Virus record (IMG/VR): IMGVR_UViG_3300024346_000020
Source: a virus
Lineage: Duplodnaviria > Heunggongvirae > Uroviricota > Caudoviricetes
DNA length: 23,259 nucleotides
Strand: one strand, 5' to 3'
The translations under genes and the position numbers were made by a program. Position 1 is the first letter of the stretch. The number at the start of each line of letters is the position of its first letter. The notes below the pieces were generated by a model. It saw only the letters and a list, made by a program, of their open reading frames with translations, was not told where the DNA came from and made no database searches. Shown piece by piece: positions 13,801 to 21,131 of the stretch.

Positions 13801-16711
13801 TAATGGATTGAATCCACCTACTATTACATATCCTACAGAATTATCTACAATTTATTTGAAGGATTCAATAATGATTATTAGAGTACCTATGACATATCTT
13901 GTTAGAGTTGGTGATGTTATCAGATTGGAAAGTGATGTAGTTGATGGTAATTTTGTTGTTAATAGAATTTCAGAATTAACAATACCTCAGAATTTACCAC
14001 AAAGTGAATTTGAACGTCAAATGGCACCCTCAAATCGATCATTTAACTATCTTTATATGTTTACTAACTTTAATGAAAATATTATTACAAATTTAACTAA
14101 AACAAGTAATCCTATAAATATAATAAATCTAAATAAGTATAAAACTGTTGATGAACTTAAAAATAATTTCAATTTACATCCAATATCTAATGGTTACAAT
14201 TTAAGTTATACACCACCTAGTTCAGACACTCCATCAAATATAACTATAAATGCTAAATTTAACAACTTAACATCATATTATAACTTAGCAACTAATGTAT
14301 TTGTAAATGATAACATACGTTCAGGAACTAATTCTGTTATTGCAACGATGTCATATACGGGAGGATTTCTAAAGTTTGGATATACTCCTACATATAATCT
14401 TTTAGATTATTTGGAACAATTAAATGACAATACAAATCCAACTCCTAAATTTTATGCAAATAAAGAATATCTAGCAATGCCTGATTATAGATTAGTACCA
14501 ATGCCTGGTTCAGATAGTCATCAGACATCACAAATTTATATAGAGTATAATAATGTCACTACACAAAATAGAATATATTTTGGTAAGGATTTAAGATTAG
14601 AATGGGAGAGTATATTTATAAATACTTTTGTAGATATTACTATCTACTCTATTGGCAATCCATCACAGGATTCCGAAAGGTTATTAGTTATGAAAAAGGG
14701 TATAGTAAATGACCCAGATAATTATCCAAATTCAGGATATTTTATTGATTTTCATAAAAGTTTAACTTATGTTATTGGTGATCCACAGACATTGATAGAT
14801 ATTAAGTCAAGACGCACATTATTACAAATAAGTCATGACTTACAAGAATTGAATAATATACAAAGAGGTTTATTAAAGAAAAAAGACTTGTTACTTGGAT
14901 CAGAATTTTATAACTATGAGAGAGATTTAAACTTTAAGATTCCAACAGATTCATATGCTAAGATACTATTATCTGATGTAGATACTATCAGAGAATTATC
15001 TGCTTTAATTTATATTGATTATAAAAATGAGTTAGCAATGAATATTACAAGACTTGATAAGGAATATACTATTCCTATTATTGGTACTACTAATTATAGT
15101 TTAAACGGAAAAGTTTTAATAATATGTAAGGATAATCACGACTTAAAAACTGGTGATAGTGTTACATTAGAGTTTAATGGAGGTACTTTCTCATCACAAT
15201 TTTTAAACCAGCAATACTTTGGATATCAAAATGTAACAGTAGTAAATTCATTGAATTTCTATATTGATTTGCCTTATGGTAATAGTACTGTAGGAGATAC
15301 GGGATTTGTTAAATATCTTAAAAGAGATCCATTTTTAAATTATCAACCAGTTGATATTATTGATGTTGGTGTTGATAAAAGAGGTAAAAATGCAATAGAA
15401 CTAAGTATTGATAATTTGAAGCTATCAGGTGATGTTTATAGTTTAGTAAATGTTGATTTTAATAAATTTAGATTTAGATTAGTTGATGGTTTAACAGTCG
15501 AGACATTATCGTTAAACTATCCATGGATATTAGAAGCAGAAATTACTGATGCTATAATTGGGAATGATGGTAATAATATTGTTTGGTATAAAGGTAATTG
15601 GGAATGTGGTAGATGGTTCGGTGGTACTTGGATGTCAGGTATTTGGAAATCAGGAGACTGGTATGGTGGTACTTGGAATGCTAAAAAAATTAAAGATAAT
15701 TTAATATCTGTTGAAGTTGCAAACAACACTTCAGATAAATCTTTATCAACTTGGTTTTCTGGAAGATGGTATGATGGTACTTGGAATGATGGTGTTTGGG
15801 TTGATGGTAGATGGTATGGTGGTACTTGGAATACAGGAGAATGGTATAAAGGTACTTGGAATGATGGTACTTGGAATGATGGTGAGTTTTCTGGAGGTGT
15901 TTGGATAACAGGTACTTGGAATAACGGTGTACTTAACTGTAACAATGATCCAACATTTTGGATTGATGGTAAGTGGAATGGTGGAGACTTTGAGAATGGT
16001 ATATGGTATGATGGTATTTTTGAGGAAAAAAATGGATTATCCAGATTTGGAACAAAGGCATTTAATAGTAGAACCGCAACTTGGCATAGTGGTCAATGGT
16101 TAAGTGGAAGCTTTTATTCAAGAATGATACTAGATAATAATGACGAGCCTCAAGTTTCGTTATCACACAAATATTCAATATGGCATACTGGATCTTGGTA
16201 TTCTGGTGATGTATATGGTGGTATTTTCTATAATATTGATTTTAAATCAGGAACTTGGTACGGGGGTATATCAGAAGAAATACAAATAATAAAGGTTAGA
16301 ATTAGTCAAAATAATTCTTATTTAACATTAAATGGAGTATTTAGATTTAATATAGGAGATGAGATTACTATCGTTCCTAAAGAAGAACAGATAGATTCTA
16401 GTGGTGCATACTATAGTTCTTATTTTAGTACGGAAAGATATAAAGTAATTTATGCAGAGAACCCAGATTTAGATAATAAAACAACTAGAATCTATATTGA
16501 TTCTGATATTATTGATCCTAATTTTAACTACAATGATGATATTTATACTCAAAATATAGATGGTGTGGAAACAAAGATGAGAGTTATAAGCAGATTTAGA
16601 AATACTGATTGGAGATCAGGTATTTGGACAAATGGTATTTTTGAAACTGGATACTGGCAAGGTGGTATTTGGTATGATGGTACTTTCGGTGAGAAAGCAA
16701 AATGGAGTTAA
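10880..16711 (+). CDS. Giant (1943 aa) mosaic putative virion/baseplate-tail protein: tail-type DGxxxxxGxRILIKDQ motif, beta-propeller-like xVGxxGxIL blades, proprotein-convertase P-domain-like module, C-terminal WxxG pentapeptide repeats
   Basis: Motifs read from the translation; structural role inferred from size, composition and neighbours. Confidence 0.75.
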   Translation: MWTFNTDYNKWVTVEDKISKNNFDYLKQELASTRFYSKCLSGATYLPINNLENIYDILGEYEPRNWYISNVGSVYTSGVLPTNFKSPITNLTSYDFYEKYVSEYGLTLKNLFTPDRLIKDSVKNFIYVDLATITRFLDLGATFNELYLDGIKVLDGHRILIKDQISTTTLPFDRDPNTYFKGNYTVIQDYGATIEYNFYNSDNGIYTFNKGKLFKTTELSDYADCIRYSVSVKLGNINAEKQFHLSRLLNGYYPTTSLNEPIEFKEKHNWLLRNRVDYNNLFEINYYDVVKYTTQSYYLSGVTYSIPERTIAVGEFGVILNTQGGLSNIIPNKYKVNLRSISQTEKYYWICGDNGILLKVRKHDFTIEKVDTGVTTNLKSVSFYNDIKGVIVGDLNTILIIDDGLTCNKIIVDDFDSYYYNKAIFYKSNSIYIVGNSGVFLELNEDIQGWDVYKRRVSRFIDDFEEYLLVDNINDMYITKSSWGLSFSYSTQSSLPDKEILLLTTAENKIIVYDINSSIPNFDFIYLSFREDYGDIKSITRFEGTGTSSNIFYFNWLKTDNQGEPTYGISSFNLSTFQYVGVDNIYSNTIRNSQNAQPESNLYVNKIFNYNATELVVCGNSSLLLKADYNTFLFNTLDPTLDSRLKSKMLFLDYDIAGKLNFFTDLGDYRLPNEAIFYLSSTFSDFLITSTTSATSIMTNAVTNDTITVGNNNPVPLNIEVNLNLNTTSINKLRINLKSPSGKVINLKRNNSGTGLTFSNTKFSTSTNFTNFSSTPDISYNNKKYQMDKVLGIGRTGWVSNTNALTDLFSNSSINGNWTLYIEVVEPRVRSIDPFARFSSPTIPIIPILSTPVGTFSNWSINFIYQDPNIVSLTSSVSNLWFDTLIHGATAPSFMTQSETNWLTYWKDTEKTFRYYAGGTYSPLDESTKVLISTTFSYSTVSGSFSVISDDVTNSITQLERLAPPSIDFEQSRFNGLNPPTITYPTELSTIYLKDSIMIIRVPMTYLVRVGDVIRLESDVVDGNFVVNRISELTIPQNLPQSEFERQMAPSNRSFNYLYMFTNFNENIITNLTKTSNPINIINLNKYKTVDELKNNFNLHPISNGYNLSYTPPSSDTPSNITINAKFNNLTSYYNLATNVFVNDNIRSGTNSVIATMSYTGGFLKFGYTPTYNLLDYLEQLNDNTNPTPKFYANKEYLAMPDYRLVPMPGSDSHQTSQIYIEYNNVTTQNRIYFGKDLRLEWESIFINTFVDITIYSIGNPSQDSERLLVMKKGIVNDPDNYPNSGYFIDFHKSLTYVIGDPQTLIDIKSRRTLLQISHDLQELNNIQRGLLKKKDLLLGSEFYNYERDLNFKIPTDSYAKILLSDVDTIRELSALIYIDYKNELAMNITRLDKEYTIPIIGTTNYSLNGKVLIICKDNHDLKTGDSVTLEFNGGTFSSQFLNQQYFGYQNVTVVNSLNFYIDLPYGNSTVGDTGFVKYLKRDPFLNYQPVDIIDVGVDKRGKNAIELSIDNLKLSGDVYSLVNVDFNKFRFRLVDGLTVETLSLNYPWILEAEITDAIIGNDGNNIVWYKGNWECGRWFGGTWMSGIWKSGDWYGGTWNAKKIKDNLISVEVANNTSDKSLSTWFSGRWYDGTWNDGVWVDGRWYGGTWNTGEWYKGTWNDGTWNDGEFSGGVWITGTWNNGVLNCNNDPTFWIDGKWNGGDFENGIWYDGIFEEKNGLSRFGTKAFNSRTATWHSGQWLSGSFYSRMILDNNDEPQVSLSHKYSIWHTGSWYSGDVYGGIFYNIDFKSGTWYGGISEEIQIIKVRISQNNSYLTLNGVFRFNIGDEITIVPKEEQIDSSGAYYSSYFSTERYKVIYAENPDLDNKTTRIYIDSDIIDPNFNYNDDIYTQNIDGVETKMRVISRFRNTDWRSGIWTNGIFETGYWQGGIWYDGTFGEKAKWS
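15584..16266 (+). repeat. WxxG(x) pentapeptide repeat array (likely beta-helix); further copies at 16610-16708; DNA unit GGTACTTGGAATGATGGT recurs
   Basis: WYKGN WECGR WFGGT WMSGI WKSGD WYGGT W... read directly. Confidence 0.9.
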
Positions 16712-16726
16712 AATTGTATTTTAATT

Positions 16727-16736
16727 TTAATATATA
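16727..16736 (+). promoter_or_regulatory. TTAATATATA motif 4 nt before ATG 16741
   Basis: Exact intergenic copy. Confidence 0.6.
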
Positions 16737-16740
16737 GTAT

Positions 16741-17169
16741 ATGATAAAGAAATATTCACAATTTATAAACGAGGCAGATCAAGTTGAAACACAAGTTCAG
16801 GCAGAACAGCCAGTAGAATCAGAAGGTATTAAATCTTTAGATAGTTCTAAATATACTGAAGTTAAAGAAGAAATAAATAAAATGATTGAAAACACTATTC
16901 AAAAAAGTGGTGGTGAATTAAATACATTTATTGAATCATTTGAAAAAAATTCAGAAGATGTTAAAGTTGAAGGATTCATAAATGACTCTGATATATATGA
17001 CTTTTATTTAAAGTTTAGAAATGATATAGATGGGATCTTAAATAATATAAAATTCTATGATGAATCACCTACAGAAGTAAATGCATTTGGTTTATATGAA
17101 TATGTAATAAAAGGAACAGAGCGCGCTTTTATGGAAGTGGTCAAGATGATAAATAAAAATCCTCAGTAA
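16741..17169 (+). CDS. Hypothetical acidic protein, 142 aa, N-terminus MIKKYSQFINEA (candidate internal head protein)
   Basis: ORF track; has its own promoter motif and terminator; N-terminus resembles the T4 capsid-targeting sequence (inference). Confidence 0.8.
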   Translation: MIKKYSQFINEADQVETQVQAEQPVESEGIKSLDSSKYTEVKEEINKMIENTIQKSGGELNTFIESFEKNSEDVKVEGFINDSDIYDFYLKFRNDIDGILNNIKFYDESPTEVNAFGLYEYVIKGTERAFMEVVKMINKNPQ

Positions 17170-17181
17170 GTGAGGATTTTT
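17155..17181 (+). terminator. Intrinsic terminator AAAAATCCTCA-GTAAG-TGAGGATTTTT
   Basis: Perfect 11-bp inverted repeat ending in a T-tract and overlapping the gene end. Confidence 0.8.
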
Positions 17182-17203
17182 CATTTAATAGAGGTTTCAT
17201 TTT

Positions 17204-17213
17204 TTTATATATA
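17204..17213 (+). promoter_or_regulatory. One-mismatch variant TTTATATATA, 24 nt before ATG 17238
   Basis: Intergenic, just downstream of the terminator; spacing fits the other copies. Confidence 0.4.
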
Positions 17214-17237
17214 TGAAAAACTATATATTGACTTTTT

Positions 17238-19916
17238 ATGGCTACACCATTGTATAAATCACTAAAAAGCCAGGGTACAACATTTTATGCTTTCCCTTCG
17301 GCCTCAGAAGATATTTCTGCTGCATATCAGAACTCAAATTACAAAATGTATTTTTCTAAATACGCTTTGTTAAACTTACCAAAACAAGTAACTGAACAAT
17401 ATACAGAGGCTACTGGTTCACCAACTGCATCAAAACCAATTTACTTTGACTTTGAAACTAAATTTAAAAAATCATTTGCGGCAACACCTGCTGCAAATTT
17501 TAGTGAAGAAATAATCGAATCATTAAGAAACTATGTCGCAAATCAAGAAGTTACTATAAAAGAATCAAAACTAAATAATACTGAGTATTATTATGATAAC
17601 AATGCACTTGAAACTACAACAGAAAAGATTTTCTTTAAATGGGCAAAGAAATTAAATATAATTGATTTTGAACCTGCTATTCCAGATGACGAATACTTTA
17701 GTAATTTGGCAGAGTTTCAATCAGGTAATGTAAATGATGATCAATACTTTCCAGAATATTTATGGAAGGAAAGAGAAGTTGTTGAGTGGGACACACCATA
17801 TTTTGATGGTTCAACTGGGTATCTAGTAATTACCTTCAATGGTACTACTAACTTTTTAATTGGTGATGTCGTAAATATTTATAATGTAATAGGATTGTCT
17901 ACACAGGCTATATCAGATTTACAAGGTATAGAAACCGATAGTGGTATAAGTGTAAGAGTAAGATCAGTTAGTGGAAATATAGTAACATTTGAATTAGCTA
18001 CTAATAATGTCTTTAGTTTAATTGGTCCTATAACTGGTAAAGCAAAATTAGTTTATAATAGATTAGTTAGATATATTGGTGAAGTACAAGGTGTAAGTAA
18101 TGTTCAACAAGCTAATCGTTCTTATACAGAAGTTCATGCACATATACCAGATCACACAGGTCAAACTCCAGATATTCTTTTCAGAACTATGGTAGATGTA
18201 AATTATATGCCTAATAAAACTTTCCCAATTATTCCTAGTCAATATCAACCAGAAATAATTGGTGCCGAATCATTTAACTCACCAATTGTAAATACTCCAC
18301 AAAATTACCCAGGTTCTTACTTTGGACAATATGATACTGCGGATTTTACATACGAAACTGCACCTGGTGATTCATTCAGAAGAAGTGGTAAATATTATGG
18401 TATAGATGGTAATATAAATTCACCTATTGTCAATGGTAAAAATATTGATGGTATAACAATGAACTTTAATACAAGTCACTATGTAAAAATGAATATTTTA
18501 GGTAGAAACTTAACTAACTTTGATCAGTTTAATGCGTTAGAGATAAATAATTTACCTCCAGTTGCCTTTGAATTTAATGCTATTTTATGGTATTATACTG
18601 TTGAGGATAATACTGGTAAATCAACAACTAATTTATATGGTGTTTCATTTTTAGATAATCCAGATAATAATGTAATTCCTGAAGAAACAAGTTTAAGATT
18701 TCCAACTTATAAAAAGTTTGTAACTAATGGAATACAAGATGGTACTTCATTTGCATTTAGTTTAAATCTTAACTTTAACATAATAAATGAAAATCCACAA
18801 GATTCATATAATCCTGAGGCAATAAACTCTATGTTTAGTATGAACTTGTTCAATAAATCAATGTCTAAACTTGCTGCAACAAATGACAGTTTTATAAATC
18901 TACTTGCAGAACAAGGTAATGTTAGAGATGAAGTAACCTTCTTAAAAAGTTTACTTTACACACAAACAGATTTGGCGACATTAAATACAAAAATTCAAAA
19001 TCTTGAGAATTTATTAAGATTATACTCGACTAATCAAATTGTAGCATCAGATACTATAGATGTAACTACTGTACCAGGTACACCACCCTATATACAATTA
19101 GACACAGTAAATACTTCTTATGAAAGAGTTTATGTTTATAATGCAACTGATATGTATAGTTCACAAGGTATTATACCTGCAACTTTAACAGTTCCTAAAA
19201 ATAGAGACTTTCTAGTAAATTTCACTAATAATGATGAGGTTGAGTTGGATTTACCTAATAATGATAAACTAACTTTTATTTTTGATAAAGATTTATATTA
19301 TAAACAATCGGTTGATATTAATATTGTTGGTGGTAACTTCTCTACTCAGAATAAAATGTTAGATATTTATATGAATACTGATATTTTAAATACAACCACT
19401 CAAACAACAACACAAGTTTTATTAGCAGGTAGTATAAATTTACCTGTCTATTATAATTCATTTACTCAACAACCTAACTCATCATACTTATGGAATGAGT
19501 TTAAATTTGAAATAGATTTATTAGATACAAACAAACCAATACTTTTGGATGTTGGTTCTATATTGAGAGTACCTTTAAAAGCTCCTCAAGAATTAGTAAC
19601 AAATTCAATTAAAACTGGTGATGTTCTTTACTTAAATAATTTATTTGTTGGAACCTCTTCTATTTATGATTTTTCTGGCCAATATGCAGTACAATCTGTA
19701 GATTCAGTAGGTTCGTATATAATATTAGATATTAGTTCAAATGCTAGTTTGGTCAATTATGGTTCAACAGCATCATTACCTCTATCTTTAAACTCAACCC
19801 TTTCTAACTTTCCTTATTTTAGTTTTAATAAGGGTAAAAAAATTAGAATGACTAGAATATCAAATTCTAATGTATTAAAAGAAAGGTATACGATAAATAT
19901 TGAAGATATTAAGTAA
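17238..19916 (+). CDS. Large (892 aa) putative virion structural protein, function unknown
   Basis: Long Asn/Thr/Ser-rich ORF in the structural cluster with a short coiled-coil-like segment (DLATLNTKIQNLENLL); no recognisable catalytic motif. Confidence 0.7.
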   Translation: MATPLYKSLKSQGTTFYAFPSASEDISAAYQNSNYKMYFSKYALLNLPKQVTEQYTEATGSPTASKPIYFDFETKFKKSFAATPAANFSEEIIESLRNYVANQEVTIKESKLNNTEYYYDNNALETTTEKIFFKWAKKLNIIDFEPAIPDDEYFSNLAEFQSGNVNDDQYFPEYLWKEREVVEWDTPYFDGSTGYLVITFNGTTNFLIGDVVNIYNVIGLSTQAISDLQGIETDSGISVRVRSVSGNIVTFELATNNVFSLIGPITGKAKLVYNRLVRYIGEVQGVSNVQQANRSYTEVHAHIPDHTGQTPDILFRTMVDVNYMPNKTFPIIPSQYQPEIIGAESFNSPIVNTPQNYPGSYFGQYDTADFTYETAPGDSFRRSGKYYGIDGNINSPIVNGKNIDGITMNFNTSHYVKMNILGRNLTNFDQFNALEINNLPPVAFEFNAILWYYTVEDNTGKSTTNLYGVSFLDNPDNNVIPEETSLRFPTYKKFVTNGIQDGTSFAFSLNLNFNIINENPQDSYNPEAINSMFSMNLFNKSMSKLAATNDSFINLLAEQGNVRDEVTFLKSLLYTQTDLATLNTKIQNLENLLRLYSTNQIVASDTIDVTTVPGTPPYIQLDTVNTSYERVYVYNATDMYSSQGIIPATLTVPKNRDFLVNFTNNDEVELDLPNNDKLTFIFDKDLYYKQSVDINIVGGNFSTQNKMLDIYMNTDILNTTTQTTTQVLLAGSINLPVYYNSFTQQPNSSYLWNEFKFEIDLLDTNKPILLDVGSILRVPLKAPQELVTNSIKTGDVLYLNNLFVGTSSIYDFSGQYAVQSVDSVGSYIILDISSNASLVNYGSTASLPLSLNSTLSNFPYFSFNKGKKIRMTRISNSNVLKERYTINIEDIK

Positions 19917-19929
19917 ATAGATTTTTAAT

Positions 19930-19949
19930 TTTTAATATATATATTAAAA
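19930..19949. promoter_or_regulatory. 20-bp perfect palindrome TTTTAATATATATATTAAAA containing TTAATATATA (19932-19941, 21 nt before ATG 19963)
   Basis: Read directly. Confidence 0.55.
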
Positions 19950-19962
19950 TTAATAATTTATT

Positions 19963-21117
19963 ATGGGATGTCAATCATCATTATTTGGAGCTAGTGCTCA
20001 ATATATCAAAGTAAGTGGAGGAGATTTTATAGCAATCGAAGGTGCCAATACAGTAGATAGACTTACTGTTTCTGATTTAAGAATGCCATATAAACAATTA
20101 CTTAGAAGTAGAGTTATACTTAAATCTGGACAAACCAATTACTTATTAAATCATTTAGGACTAGGTGATAATGCAACTTTTCTTTGTATAAAAGCTGTTT
20201 ATAACCAAAAATCAGTTATCGAAGAAGACAATTACATAAAATGGAGTTTTTATGATGATATGGCCAAAGTTCATACGATGGCACAAATGATGGTTTTAAC
20301 TGGTAACTCAACTAATAGAATCAAACAACTTTATTTATCAAATCCAAGTGAAAAATATCCAGTATCATTAGACGTTATGGTTGGTGTTATTGATGATACA
20401 TACACATTTTTTAATGACTCTGTAAATCAATCAAGTACTTCTTTTGTTGGTTTAAATTATACTGACATACAAACACATATTGCAGGACAGTCGTTTAAGA
20501 TAAATGATAAAGGAACTCCTGTAAGACCTTTAATTTATATAGAAATAGTAAATATTGAAACAATTGAAAAGACTGGTTCTATTCTAATTATAGATGATGC
20601 TAGTTATGGAACTATATTCTTACAATTTTTAACTGAATATGATGCTTATCAAGCACACTCAATATTAAACTATATAATTGAAAATCCAGATATTGATATT
20701 AGTCTAATACCTACTGGTGATAATGAAGATCCTATAGTTTACTTCTATAGCTCAGTTGGTGATTTAGGTAATGATTTTATTGCATTAGATGGAGATTTAA
20801 TCAATGGACCTTATAATACCTCAATGGGTCTAACCTTCTCTACTGAGTTCTCTTTATTGACTTATGGAACTACTGCAAGTGGTAGTACTTCAAGTATAAT
20901 AGATAGGTCACAGTTGATTGATTTATTATTTGATAAAATAACTGATAATAGAGATGGGACTATGTCTATGCAACCATCAAATATAGTTATAAATAGTGCA
21001 AGTGCAAGTATTTCAACAATACTTGTACCAGGTACATATTCACTGACATTTAATTTTTCTGATATAGCACATAATACACTAGAGGGTATTCACATGGACC
21101 TTTCAATAACAGTATAA
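19963..21117 (+). CDS. Hypothetical protein, 384 aa, probably structural (beta-rich, Ser/Thr-rich)
   Basis: ORF track and context. Confidence 0.75.
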   Translation: MGCQSSLFGASAQYIKVSGGDFIAIEGANTVDRLTVSDLRMPYKQLLRSRVILKSGQTNYLLNHLGLGDNATFLCIKAVYNQKSVIEEDNYIKWSFYDDMAKVHTMAQMMVLTGNSTNRIKQLYLSNPSEKYPVSLDVMVGVIDDTYTFFNDSVNQSSTSFVGLNYTDIQTHIAGQSFKINDKGTPVRPLIYIEIVNIETIEKTGSILIIDDASYGTIFLQFLTEYDAYQAHSILNYIIENPDIDISLIPTGDNEDPIVYFYSSVGDLGNDFIALDGDLINGPYNTSMGLTFSTEFSLLTYGTTASGSTSSIIDRSQLIDLLFDKITDNRDGTMSMQPSNIVINSASASISTILVPGTYSLTFNFSDIAHNTLEGIHMDLSITV

Positions 21118-21131
21118 AAATAAATTAGATA

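Noticed and set aside
15517-15945. Antisense 142-aa ORF with FQVP/YHxP repeats and the nested 15711..15908 ORF
   Set aside because: These are the reverse-complement and frame-shifted read-out of the WxxG repeats (TGG gives CCA).
90-18248. Short antisense or alternate-frame ORFs in the track (90..296, 1358..1585, 3100..3303, 5247..5438, 7105..7311, 7298..7501, 8625..8816, 8996..9217, 9031..9255, 12910..13161, 18063..18248)
   Set aside because: They lie within longer, motif-bearing genes, have shadow-like composition and lack the promoter motifs; the same applies to 21143..21412.
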